Origin: Malacoraja senta
Taxonomy: Eukaryota
Direction: 5' to 3'
NCBI GenBank assembly: GCA_038087875.1
Contig: CM075994.1
Coordinates: 2,544,001 to 2,608,000, forward strand
DNA length: 64,000 bases
The notes beneath the pieces were generated by a model. The model saw only the letters and a list, made by a program, of their open reading frames with translations. It was not told where the DNA came from and ran no database searches. Positions 35,573-48,659 of this stretch are shown piece after piece. Made by a program: the position numbers and the translations under genes. How positions within the stretch are numbered: position 1 is the first letter of the stretch; each line of letters begins with the position of its first letter.

Positions 35573-38500
35573 TTTAAATGCCTTCCATTGCATATCTACC
35601 GTCAACCCATTAAGAATCAATTGCCAATCTATCTTGGCAAATTCACTTCTCATACCCTCAAAGTTACCTTTCTTTAAGTTCAGGACCCTTGTTTCTGAAT
35701 TAACAATGTCACTCTCCATCCTCATGAAGAACTCAACCATATTATGGTCACTCTTGCCCAAGGGGCCACGCACAACAAGACTGCTAACTAACCCTTCCTC
35801 ATTACTCAATACCCAATCTAGAATAGCCTGCTCTCTCGTTGGTTCCTCTACATGTTGGTTTAGAAAACTATCCCGCATACATTCCAAGAAATCCTCTTCC
35901 TCAGCACCCTTGCCAATTTGATTCACCCAATCTATATGTAGATTGAAGTCACCCATTATAACTGTTTTACCTTTGTTGCACGCATTTCTAATTTCCTGTT
36001 TGATGCCATCCCCAACTCCACTACTACTGTTAGGTGGCCTGTACACAACTCCCACTAGTGTTTTCTGCCCCTTAGTGTTTCGCAGCTCCACCCATATCGA
36101 TTCCACATCCTCCAAGCTAATGTCCTTCCTTTCTATTGCGTTAATCTGCTCTCTAACCAGCAACGCTACCCCACCTCCTTCCCCTTTCTGTCTATCCCTC
36201 CTGAATATTGAATATCCCTGGATGTTCAGCTCCCAGCCTTGGTCACCCTGGAGCCACGTCTCCGTGATCCCAACTATATCATAGTCATTAATAGCTATCT
36301 GCACATTCAACTCATCCACCTTATAACGAATGCTCCTTGCATTGAGACACAACGCCTTCAGGCTTGTTTTTACAACACTCTTACCCATTATACAATTATG
36401 TTGAAAAGTGGCCCTTTTTGATTTTTGCCCTGGATTTGTCTGCCTGCCACTTTTACTTTTCACCTTGCTACCTATTGCTTCTACCCTCATTTTACACCCC
36501 TCTGTCTCTACGCTCACACATTTAAGAAACCCTTTCCCTTTAACTCCATCCTCAACTATCCCATTCGACACCCCACCCCCTTATTCAGTTTAAAACCACC
36601 CGTGTAGCAGTGGCAAACCTGCCTGCCAGAATGCTGGTCCCCCACCTGTTAAGATGCAATCCGTCCCTTTTGTACAGTTCCCTTTTACTCCAAAACAGAT
36701 CCCAGTGATCCAAGAATCTAAATCCCTGCCCCGTGCACCAGTCCCTCAGCCACACATTCAGATCCCGCATCTCCCTGTTCCTGCTCTCGCCAGCACGAGG
36801 AACTGGAAGCAAACCGGAGATAACAACCCTGGAGGTCCTGCTTTTCAGCATTTTATTGATATGTGAAGAGAAAAAAGATTAGTCAATACAAATGTAGGTC
36901 CCTTGCAGTCAGAAAGAGGTGAATTGATCATGGGGAACAAGGACATGGCAGACCAATTGAATAACTACTTTGGTTCTGTCTTCACTAAGGAAGACATAAA
37001 TAATCTGCCGGAAATAGCAGGGGACCGGGGGTCAAATGAGATGGAGGAACTGAGTGAAATCCAGGTGAGCCGGGAAGTGGTGTTAGGTAAATTGAATGGA
37101 TTAAAGGCCGATAAATCCCCAGGGTCAGATAGGCTGCATCCCAGAGTACTTAAGTAGCCCCAGAAATAGTGGATGCATTAGTGATAATTTTTCAAAACTC
37201 TTTAGATTCTGGAGTAGTTCCTGAGGATTGGAGGGTAGCTAATGTAACCCCACTTTTTAAAAAGGGAGGGAGAGAGAAAACCAGGAATTACAGACCAGTT
37301 AGTCTAACGTCGGTAGTGGGGAAACTGCTAGAATCAGTTATTAAAGATGGGATAGCAGCACATTTGGAAAGTGGTGAAATCATTGGACAAAGTCGGCATG
37401 GATTTATGAAAGGTAAATCATGTCTGACGAATCTTATAGAATTTTTCAAGGATGTAATTAGTAGAGTGGATAAGGGAGAACCAGTGGATGTGTTATATCT
37501 GGACTTTCAGAAGGCTTTCGACAAGGTCCCACATAAGAGATTAGTATACAAACTTAAAGCACACAGTATTGGGGGTTCAGTATTGATGTGGATAGAGAAC
37601 TGGCTGGCAGACAGGAAGCAAAGAGTAGGAGTAAACGGGTCCTTTTCAGAATGGCAGGCAGTGACTAGTGGGGTACCGCAAGGCTCAGTGCTGGGACCCC
37701 AGCTATTTACGATATATATTAATGATTTGGACGAGGGAATTGAATGCAACATCTCCAAGTTTGCGGATGACACGAAGCTGGGGGGCAGTGTTAGCTGTGA
37801 GGAGGATGCTCGGAGGCTGCAAGGTGACTTGGATAGGCTGGGTGAATGGGCAAATGCATGGCAGATGCAGTATAATGTGGATAAATGTGAGATTATCCAC
37901 TTTGGTGGCAAAAACAGGAAAGTAGACTATTATCTGAATGGTGGCCCATTAGGAAAAGGGGAGATGCAACGAGACCTGGGTGTCATGGTACACCAGTCAT
38001 TAAAAGTAGGCATGCAGGTGCAGGAGGCAGTGAAGAAGGCAAATGGTATTTTAGCATTCATAGCAAAAGGATTTGAGTATAGGAGCAGGGAGGTTCTACT
38101 GCAGTTGTACAGGGTCTTGGTGAGACCACACCTGGAGTACTGCGTACAGTTTTGGTCTCCTAATCTGAGGAAGGACATTCTTGCCATAGAGGGAGTACAG
38201 AGAAGGTTCACCAGACTGATTCCTGGGATGTCAGGACTTTCATATGAAGAAAGACTGGATAGACTCGGTTTGTACTCGCTAGAATTTAGAAGATTGAGGG
38301 GGGATCTTATAGAAACTTACAAAATTCTTAAGGGGTTGGACAGGCTAGATGCAGGAAGATTGTTCCCGATGTTGGGGAAGTCCAGAACAAGGGGTCACAG
38401 TTTAAGGATAAGGGGGAAATCTTTTAAGATCGAGATGAGGAAAACATTTTTCACACAGGGAGTGGTGAATCTCTGGAATTCTCTGCCACAGAAGGTAGTT

Positions 38501-38685
38501 GAGTTCATTGGCTATATTTAAGAGGGAGTTAGATGTGGCCCTTGTGGCTAAAGGGATCAGGGGGTATGGAGAGAAAGCAGGTACAGGATACTGAGTTGGA
38601 TGATCAGCCATGATCATATTGAATGGCGGTGCAGGCTCGAAGGGCCGAATGGCCTACTCCTGCACCTATTTTCTATGTTTCTATG
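35573..38685 (+). mobile_element. CR1 LINE with inverted 5' segment (35573 to about 36850 minus: ORF1 esterase end plus endonuclease; about 36851-38685 plus: RT and 3' tail)
   Basis: Minus ORF 36585-36851 has DGLHLN (SGNH-esterase-type ORF1). Minus ORF 35567-36571 has ITETWL, MGDFN and SDH. Plus ORF 37169-38521 has KFADD. Tail ctatgtttctatg. Confidence 0.9.
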
Positions 38686-39455
38686 TTAAAAAATCTGGAG
38701 CAAAGCATCACTCTGTCATTAACAGTCACACGAATAGATCCTGATAGGTTTGTCCAATGAGGTCATATAGGGAGAATTTTTGCTGCACAAACTCCTCAAA
38801 ATATAAATAAATGTACGAAGAGCTCCCCGGAAAAAGCCAGAAACAAAGTTGTTTATTAACCTACATAAATAATTCCAATATATGGAAGGATTTCATTCTT
38901 CACTTTTGCATAAAAAGAAACCCAAAACAGCGAGTGCCCAGCGAAAAGTTTCAAACATTTGAGAGTACATCTTTAAAAGAAATACTGAAATGGTCTCCCA
39001 CCCTGTTTGCCCCCACTCAAAATACATCCTCGCCCAGATCCAAATGTTTCCAGAAGCAAGAACAGACCATGGTTTGTGCTCACTAGGAGACAGATTTCCA
39101 GTCCAACAGTGAAACAGATCTTAAGCTTGGATTTCTGAGATCCTAAAGAAACATGCCATTAAATGGGAATCCCAAGAATTTAATGGGACGAACATAAATT
39201 GGGATTCCTAATCTCCCAAAGGGATTGGTTGCAGGCATGGACCCCAGTTCCCAATATATGTAACATTATATTCTGTACTCTGTTCCCCTTCTCTATGTGC
39301 ACTGCCTACTTTACACAAATATGGTTTTGATTATACTCCTGTGTGGATGTTTTACGTGGATAGCATGCAAAACCAAGTGTTTCCACTGTATCGCAGTACA
39401 GGTGACAATAATAAACCAATAACAATACCAAGAAGTGCACATGAATAACACGTAC

Positions 39456-39555
39456 CATTATAAAGCAGTAATAAAGGCAGTAAGATAGACATCCATTTTT
39501 GTTCAATCGCCCAATCTCGCATTGAAAACTTCCTCAAAGAGTGAGCAAACAGGCA
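39456..39555 (-). CDS. TMEM181: TMEM181 coding exon 8 (CLFAHSLRKFSMRDWAIEQKWMSILLPLLLLYN)
   Basis: Acceptor ccacag, donor gtacgt. 100 nt, phase 0 to 1. Confidence 0.95.
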
Positions 39556-40047
39556 CTGTGGAATCAAAACAAAATTTTTCAGGGATTACCATTTTAGACA
39601 TTTAGATCTTTCAATCAAGATTATCAGAAATTTAGGTGCAAAACACCACTCTATCCATGAAGAAAGGCATGTCCCATAAACAAATTCTAACTGCAGCTGC
39701 GAGATGGGATGATGTATTAAATGATCATCACATAAGATTAAAAACAGAAAATGCTCAAGAGGTACAGTTTAGTTTAGAGATACAGCATGGAAACAGGCCC
39801 TTCAGCCACTGAGTCCATGACAACCATCAATCACCCCGTTCACACTAGTTCTGTTATCCCACTCTCTCATCTGCTCTCTCTACACACTAGGGCGATTTTA
39901 TTGAGGCTAATTAACCTTCAAACCTGCGCGCCCTTTGGATGTGGGAGCAAATCAGAGCACTCGGAAGAAACCCGCGTGGTCACATGGGAGAACATGCAAA
40001 CTCCACACAGACAGCACCTGAGGAGTCAGGTTCGAACACAGGCTATA

Positions 40048-41093
40048 GATACATACATAGAAAATAGGTGCAGGAGGAGGCCATTCGGCCCTTCGAGCCA
40101 GCACCGCCATTCATTGTGATCATGGCTGTTCGCCCCCTATCAATAAGCCATGCCTGCCTTCTCCCTATATCCCTTGACTCCACTAGCCCCTAGAGCTCTA
40201 TCTAACTCTCTCTTAAATCCATTCAATGATTTGGCCTCCACTGCCCTCTGTACAGGGAATTCCATAAATTCACAACTCTCCGGGTGAAAACGTTTTTTCT
40301 CACCTCAGTCTTAAATGACCTCCCCTTTATTCTAAGACTGTGGCCCCTGGTTCTGGACTCGCCCAACATTGGGAACATTTTTCCTGCATCTAGCTTGTCC
40401 AGTCCTTTTATAATTTTATATGTTTCTATAAGATCCCCCTCATCCTTCTAAACTCCAGTGAATACAAGCCTAGTCTTTTCAATCTTTCCTCATATGACAG
40501 TCCCGCCATCCATGGGATCAATCTCGTGAACCTACGCTGCACTGCCTCAATCACAAGGATGTCCATCCTCAAATTAGGAGACCAAAACTGTACACAATAC
40601 TCCAGATGTGGTCTCACCAGAGCCCTATACAACTGCAGAACCTCTTTACTGCTATACTGAAATCCTCTTGTTATGAAGGCCAACATTCCATTAGCTTTCT
40701 TCACTGCCTGCTGTACCTGCACGCCAACTTTCAGTGACCGGTGTACAAGGACACCCAGGTCTCGCTGTACCTCCCCCTTACCTAACCTAACCCCATTGAG
40801 ATAATAATCTGCCCCCTTGTTTTTGCCGCCAAAGTGGATAACCTCACATTTATCTATATTATACTGCATCTGCCATGCATCTGCCCACTCACTCCACCTG
40901 TCCAGGTCACCCTGCAACCTCCTAACATCCTCTTCACAGCTCACACTGCCACCCAGCTTTGTGTCATCCGCAAACTTGCTAGTGTTGCTCCTAATTCACT
41001 CTTCCAAATCATTAATATATATGGTAAACAGTTGCGGCCCCAACACCGAGCCTTGCGGCACTCCACTCGCCACTGCCTGCCATTCTGAAAAGG
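40048..41093 (-). mobile_element. 5'-truncated CR1 LINE
   Basis: ORF 40426-40944 has LVRPHLEYCVQFWSP. CTAT-type tail near 40050. Confidence 0.9.
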
Positions 41094-41932
41094 CTCTCCC
41101 GCTGTGCCACTGTGTCATCCAGGCAACAGCTGTTAACAGGTGACACCAGGGATAGATATAGAGATTTCAGTTACCTTAATGGGATACAGTCAGTGTGAAA
41201 GGAATAGAGGACACAGAATTCCTAAACTGCCAGTGTATAGCAAGCTCAAAAGTAGTAGAAGGACCATTTCTAGAGTTTCAGAAAATAAAGGTGAGGCGTG
41301 GAAGGAATGTCTGAGGAAGATTTAAATAAATCTTAATTCTGTTAGATCTAGCACAATTATGGAAAAGAACCAAAACAATATTGGAGTAAAGTTTCTAAAA
41401 TAACCTGACCAACTTTACGAGATTATGAAGTGATTCAAAATGGACTGGAACTGGATACTTGAAGGAAGCTCAGTTTTAGACCAATAAGGCTTACAGTGAG
41501 CACATTCAGATAACGAAATTTGCACAAAAAATGGTGGGACTCCCCAATATAGAGTCCGTAGATGACAAAGTGAACAAAAGTTTCAGGTTAGAAACAAGAA
41601 CGGAAGAGAATAGGAAGTCTTAGAGGATTATCAAAATTAAAACAGTGAATTTAAAAGGAAAAATTTGGAAAGTGGTGGGAAAGAAAACAAGATGGAAATA
41701 AAATTTAAACACGCAAGTATATAGGCAGGAAAAGGGTAAGAGCATCGCTCAGTGTGTAGCAATCACACCCCACTGCTTGCTTCCAAGCATCCCTGCAACA
41801 TATCTCTCTAAACTGCAAGGAATGCAGGCCCAAACTGTCTAGTCTTCCTATAGGACAACTCCCTCATCCCAGGAATTAGCCAGGTGAGTCTACTTTGGAC
41901 TGCCTCCAATGCTATTGTATTTTCTTGAGATA

Positions 41933-43545
41933 CAGTGGCTTGCAAAAGTATTCATACCCCTTGAACTTTTCCACATTTTGTCACGTTACAACCACAAACG
42001 TAAATGTATTTTATTGGGATTTTATGTGATAGACCAACACAAAGTGGCGCATAATTGTGAAGTGGAAGGAAAATGCTACATGGTTTTCAAATTTTTTTAC
42101 AAATAAAAAACTGAAAAGTGTCGCGTGCAAAAGTATTCAGCCCCCTTTACTCTGATATCCCTAAATAAAATCCAGTGCAACCAATTGCCTTCAGAAGTCA
42201 CCTAATTAGTAAATAGAGTCCACTTGGGTGTAATCTAATCTCAGTATAAATACAGCTGTTCTGTGAAGGCCTCAGAGGTTTGTTAGAGAACATTAGTGAA
42301 CAAACAGCATCATGAAGCCCAAGGAACACACCAGACAGGTCAGGGATAAAGTTGTGGAGAAGTTTAAAGCAGGGTTAGGTTATAAAAAAATATCCCAAGC
42401 TTTGAACATCTCACGGAGCACTGTTCAATCCATCATCCGAAAATGGAAAGAGTATGGCACAACTGCAAACCTACCAAGACATGGCCGTCCACCTAAACTG
42501 ACAGGCCGGGCAAGGAGAGCATTGATCAGAGAAGCAACCAAGAGGCCCATGGTAACTCTGGAGGAGCTGCAGAGATCCACAGCTCAGGTGGGAGAATCTG
42601 TCCACAGGACAACTATTAGTCGTGCACTCCACAAATTGGGCCATTATGGAAGAGTGGCAAGAAGAAAGCCATTGTTGAAAAAAAGCCATAAGAAGTCCCG
42701 TTTGCAATTTGCCACAAGCCATGTGGGGGACACAGCAAACATGTGGAGGAAGGTGCTCTGGTCAGATGAGACCAAAATTGAAGTTTTGGGCCTAAATGCA
42801 AAACGCTATGTGTGGCGGAAACCTAACACTGCACATCACCCTGAACACACCATCCCCACTGTGAAACATGGTGGTGGCAGCATCATGCTGTGGGGATGCT
42901 TTTCTTCAGCAGGGACAGGGAAGCTGGTCAGAGTTGATGGGAAGATGGATGGAGCCAAATACAGGGCAATCTTGGAAGAAAACCTGAGTCTGCAAAAGAC
43001 TTGAGACTGGGGCGGAGGTTCACCTTCCAGCAGGACAACGACCCTAAACATACAGCCAGAGCTACAATGGAATGGTTTAGATCAAAGCATATTCATGTGT
43101 TAGAATGGCCCAGTCAAAGTCCAGACCTAAATCCAATTGAGAATCTCTGGCAAGACTTGAAAATTGCTGTTCACAGATGCTCTCCATCCAATCTGACTGA
43201 GCTTGAGCTATTTTGCAAAGAAGAATGGGCAAAAATTTCAGTCTCTAGATGTGCAAAGCTGCTAGAGACATACCCCAAAAGACTTGCAGCTGTAATTGCA
43301 GCGAAAGATGGTTCTACAAAGTATTGACTCAGGGGGGCTGAATACTTTTGCACGTGACACTTTTCAGCTTTTTATTTGTAAACAAATTTGAAAACCATGT
43401 ATCATTTTCCTTCCACTTCACAATTATGCGCCACTTTGTGTTGGTCTATCACATAAAATCCCAATAAAATACATTTACGGTTGTGGTTGTAACGTGACAA
43501 AATGTAGAAAAGTTCAAGGGGTATGAAAACTTTTGCAAGCCACTG
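41933..43545 (+). mobile_element. Tc1 transposon, IR/DR type (Passport-like), full length
   Basis: TA|CAGTGGCTTGCAAAAG...CTTTTGCAAGCCACTG|TA. ITRs of about 210 bp with an inner direct repeat (gcaaaagtattca). Inserted in an old CR1 remnant. Confidence 0.95.
42312..43327 (+). pseudogene. DD34E Tc1 transposase with one frameshift near 42986
   Basis: Paired-like HTH, GRPPK, WSDETK and QQDNDPKH...NPIENLW with 34 residues between D and E. Split between ORFs 42312-43004 and 43001-43327. Confidence 0.92.
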
Positions 43546-44616
43546 TAAGGGGACCAAAAGTGAGCACAGTATTCCAGATGTGGCCTTACCAACACCCTCT
43601 ACAGCACCAACAATACCTCCCTGATTTTAAGCCCCAACCCTTTTTCAATGGCCAAAATGCTTGTTGGACCCGTCAGCTAACTTTTTGTGATTCATGAATT
43701 AGAACAACTTTATCCTTCTCAATTTCACACATTTGCAGTCCCTCTTCATCTGCCTTTTGATTCCTCTTAGTGAAGTGCTTGACCTCACACCAAACTCAGT
43801 TTATGCCACTCACTTTATCTATATCCCGTTGCAAATTCACAGTATACTTATCACACCACACCTTTCCATTTATTTTGGTTTCATCTGCAAATTCGAAACC
43901 TTACATACTTTCCTTCCTGTAGGTCATTAATGTAAATGGTGAACAAAAATTGGCCAAGAACTGATCCTGTAGGTTCAGTAGGCTCCACTCTTTCAACCTT
44001 CTCTATCTCTATCTCTATCCACCCCCAAAGAATTTGAGCAAATTTGTCAAACATGATTCTTTCATAAAACCATGTTAATTAGGTTTAATTACATTTAGTT
44101 TTCCTAAGTGATTAGCTATTCTTTAGACTTTACATATACAACTCGGAAACAGGCCCTTTGACCAAGAGTCCGTGCCGACCAGCGATCCTACAGTAACTGT
44201 CCAATACACTATGGACAATTCAATTTTTTTTAACCATAGGCAATTAATCTACAAATCTGTACGTCTGTGGAGTGTGGGAGGAAACTGTAGCACTCGGAGA
44301 AAACCCACGTGGTCACAGGGCGAACGTATAAAATCCATAGAGACAGCACCCGTAGTCAGGATCGAACCTCGGTCTCTGGCGCTGTAAGGCAGCAACTTTA
44401 CCACTGCGCCACCCAAACTTTATGATTATTGACACCAGGATCTTGCCAATGGATAGTATTTGATAGTCAGCATGGACATAGTGAGCTGGATTGCTGATTT
44501 ATGTGCTGAATTAATCTAGATCTCTTTCATTTTTTAATGTCAAGATGGAACCCAAGTACTATTATTCAAAATATCATCACCCACCAAAATACAAATCTGG
44601 AACACATTGTATTTAC

Positions 44617-44697
44617 CGTAACCATGAAAGTGAAAACGACGAAGATAAATCGGAACCAGATCTCCACTTGTGAAAATGAGGCATTATACATCTTCAG
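44617..44697 (-). CDS. TMEM181: TMEM181 coding exon 7 (LKMYNASFSQVEIWFRFIFVVFTFMVT)
   Basis: Acceptor cgacag, donor gtaaat. 81 nt, phase 0 to 0. Confidence 0.92.
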
Positions 44698-46067
44698 CTG
44701 TCGGGAGATAATATAACACAAGCATTAAATGATTCTCCAGAAGCACCCATTTCACCCAAGCACCTGCTGCCCCATCTCCTATATTCCTTCCTCTGGCTTC
44801 ACAATTTGCAACTCTTCAATCCATCTGTTTCACATCTTCTGCTTTAATCTCTGGCCTTTGTTCCAATCATCTGCCTATCAAAACCCACCGCCTGTGTCTA
44901 CCTATTTTATTACCTGCCATGCTTTATCCTGCCTTTCCTCTCTCCCTGCTTACAACCTCCCCCCCCCCTCCCTCTCCCATCAGTCTAACGAAGGGTCCCG
45001 ACTCAAAATGTCACCTATTCATGTTCTCCAGACATGCTGCCTGACCCGCTGAGTTATTGCAGTTGTTTGAGGTTGGTCATTGTGATATAGGAAGTGCGAC
45101 TTTGTGCAATTGAAGCTCCCAGAACAGCAATATCACATAGACCAAATAATATATTCAAATCATTTTCATCCAGGCTTAAATTACATTTTAATTTCCTTCT
45201 CATCCAGTTATTAAGAGAGAGTAGATATGCAATGTCCATTTAGAATTGATCAAGCTGCCATCTCCAAGCAGCTTATACCACATAAAGCTACTTAGTCAAT
45301 AGACAGGAGGCTGCTTCATCAGACCATGTGGCTGTCAAGATGGAGAAACAAGGAACAACAGATGCAGGTTTATAAGAAGCGAAACAAAGTACTGGGAGTA
45401 ACTCAGCAAGACAGCCAGTCTTTCTGGAGAACACGGTCCCAACCCGAAACATCACCTAATCATGTTCTCCAGAGTGACTGCCTGACCTGCTAAGTTATTC
45501 CAGCACTTTGTGTCCTTTTGTGCATTAACCAGCATCTGCGGTTCCTTGATCCTACAGGAACTAAACCGAGTTGTTGAGACCTTTAGCTATGCTTTTTTGG
45601 CTGTTGAGCTCCGGTTGCCAGCCTAAGATACCTGGAAATCAACAATAATTGTACAAAAACAGATTTCACAAGCCTCATACGGTTGCCTATCAAAGAATAT
45701 CAGTCAAAACATGGTATTTTCAATAAAGCAAATACAAAATGAAAAAGAGGGGAAAATTGTTGACAGAAAAGTGAAAACATATAATATAGGTATTCTGGAA
45801 ATTATGTGTTTTTAAGTTACATGTTAAAATCTCATACGATTCTGTTTTACAATTACTTAAAGGCAATGTAGTTAAATGAACAATAAATAACTAGCCACAC
45901 CAGCAAGGTGTATTTGTGAAAAAAAAAAAAACTTTACACACCTTTGAACACTATAACTAAATAAGGGATCTTTGAAAGGTGTGTTTACATGTACTGTTTG
46001 TAAAAACAAAGGATTTAAATTCACAAAACAGTGGATATTGAAAAACAAAAATGGATGGTGTACTTAC

Positions 46068-46190
46068 AGTGAAATTCACATCTTTAATTGGAAACTCTGT
46101 GCTCATTAGATTGTAAAAGGTGACTGTGATCATATACTCTGTGTAGTTCAGATAACCGAGATGTAACACAATTATTTCATCACAGAGCCG
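46068..46190 (-). CDS. TMEM181: TMEM181 coding exon 6 (RLCDEIIVLHLGYLNYTEYMITVTFYNLMSTEFPIKDVNFT)
   Basis: Acceptor tccaag (AAG), donor gtaagt. 123 nt. HLGYLNYT motif. Confidence 0.9.
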
Positions 46191-46629
46191 CTTGGAAATA
46201 AAATAAAAATGCCGATTAGTCATAAAATAACAAAAAAAATTGGTGCAACAGTAATAATCAAGTAGGTTAAAGGTAGCTGAATGATATTACAGCATGATGT
46301 ACACATCCGACTTTACAACTTTTGACCATATTTATGCTTCAACGAAAAGTGATGCTCATGTTTATAAAGCATATGCTATAAACTTGTAAAACTATACAAA
46401 TACTTTCACGAACACCAACAAAAGCAAATTATTTAAAAAATGTTGGAAACCAGGAAATGCTAGAAATAGCAGATGGACAGCTTGTGGGCGGCACGGTGAT
46501 GCGGCTCATAGAGCTGCTGTCTTACAGCCCCAAAGATCCTGGCTCGATCCTCACCTTGGTTGCTGCGTGGAGTCTGCATGTTCCCCTTGTGACCACATGG
46601 GTTTCTGAGTGTTCCGGTTTCCTCCCATA

Positions 46630-47630
46630 TATTCATATACCGTACATATTAGAATTTTCTACGCTCACTTTGAAAGGGAGAACAACGATGTACCTGCACC
46701 GGTCCCCCCAACCCCTGATGACATTGTAAGCTCAGTCGCTAAGACCCACGTCAGAAGATCATTCACGAGGTTGAATCCTCAGAAAATTCCAGACCCCGAC
46801 AGTGGGCCTGGCCACGTTCTCAAAATCTGCATGGACCAACTGACTGGAGTTTGCGCGGATATCTTCAACCTCTCTGGTCCAATGTCCCAGCTGATTTAGA
46901 AGGACATCCATAATACCAGTGCCCAAGCAGAGCAAGGTGTCATGCCTCAAAGTGGCGATCTGGCTAAATGCAGAAACTCATCTCCACCTTGCGTCTACCA
47001 CATGACAACAGGCATGCCATGATCTTAACCAAATGAGTGCAGAGTGATCTGTCAAATAAGAGCCTTGTCTCATTTCAAGAGTTAAGAGTGTTTTATTGTC
47101 CTGTGTTCCAAACCGAACAATGAAATTCTTACTTGCAAGCAGCACAAAATATGTATAGTACTCTGTAAACAATTAAAAAAGATACACACACACTCACAAC
47201 AAATAATAATTGCAAAAAGACATAATCAATGCTCCCAAGTCTATGTAGTTCAGAGCTTATTTGGAGGTTGTAGTGTTTAATAGCCTGATGGCCGTAGAAA
47301 AGAAGCTGTTCCTAAATGTTACAGTTTTTAGGCTCCTATATCATCTCCATGGCAAGAGTGAAATGAGTATGTGGTCAAGGTGGTGTGGGGCTCAGATGCT
47401 GGCTGCCTTTTTGAAGCAGCCACTCCTATAAATCCCTTCATGGACCCAAATGGTTAATAGGTTCCTTTAGTGTCATTAATGGTGAGATCAGTACCGTGAT
47501 GGACTGGGCAGTCGATCCTTCCTATTCCAAAGTCCACAATCAGCTACAGACATTAAGAGCAAGGTTATTATGTTGGCACCATTTGGTCAATCGATCGATC
47601 TCGCTTCGATATTCTGACATCATCTGCAAT
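46630..47630. mobile_element. Two degraded Rex1-like LINE fragments (about 46630-46950 plus, 47075-47630 minus)
   Basis: Similar to 26150-26440 and to the reverse complement of 32350-33119. Confidence 0.6.
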
Positions 47631-48054
47631 TCTATGTTTTTTTATTTTTAATGACAGTAAAGGAATTTATCAGTCATTTGGGTCCTGCAATGTCTTTGTG
47701 GCAGGGAACCAGATCACTGAGAGGAAACCTCAGAGAGAATGTATCAGTTCCCCACTTTCAACACACGTCAAGATCGAAAATGAAACCCAGCACCACCCGT
47801 GTGTCCAATTTTAAAAATATCTCAAGAGCAATCTTCCAATGTATAAAATAAAAAGAGGGTGTAAAATGGGGACCTGGTAGATCAGGATTAGATAGGATTT
47901 TCTCATCTTACATTCAACTTTATAACAACCTGACCCAAAGATGAACCAGTCCCCACTATATTTCACAATTACATAGGTACAACAGTAAAAAAAACTAGAG
48001 GGTGATTATCAGAGTTTATGTGAACAGTTGTGATTAACAGTTGCCGAAACTTAC

Positions 48055-48176
48055 ATTTGCACAGTGAAGAGACCGAGTGTGGTTATGGGGATACACCCTG
48101 ATGTTTGGTACACTGGTATCTTGCATGACTCCACTTATTGTAACCATCATGGACACATTCTTCCGGATCTCTACAA
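48055..48176 (-). CDS. TMEM181: TMEM181 coding exon 5 (VVEIRKNVSMMVTISGVMQDTSVPNIRVYPHNHTRSLHCAN)
   Basis: Acceptor tttcag, donor gtaagt. 122 nt, phase 1 to 0. HNHTRSLHC resembles HNRTRTLTC. Confidence 0.88.
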
Positions 48177-48659
48177 CTGAAAAATCAAAATTGTGATTTA
48201 ATAGGCACTATTAAATATTTTTATATTATCGCCAAGAAGATACTGTAATCCTGTGGTTTCAAATTAAGTAGTTAATAAAGTCAGTTACAGTAAGTCCCCC
48301 AGAAGAACAATTGAGTCAGTTTACAGATCAATGGATTATCCAAGTGCACAAGCATAACCTGAATTGGGCATCACCATTTCAGATAATGCTGCGTAAATTA
48401 TAGCAATGGTCCTATATGGAACCTTAAGGTATACAGAATTCGAGGGCCTCACTTGAATTGTGTACACCTGTCATATGCTTTCACTTTTTTTCTTGATCAA
48501 ATGCTCGATATCCCTTGACATCCAGGGTTCCCTGGACTTGCTGTCTTAACCCTTCATCCATACAGGAACACTTTGTTCCTGGACCCTCACAATTTCACTT
48601 TTAAAACTCTTAATTCCTGGCGGTAGATTTACCTGCAAGTATCTGCTCCCCATCTACCT

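Noticed and set aside
46630..47630. Possible second twin-priming inversion in Rex1 fragments
   Set aside because: The 3' tail faces inward and unrelated sequence separates the parts, so two old fragments are more likely.
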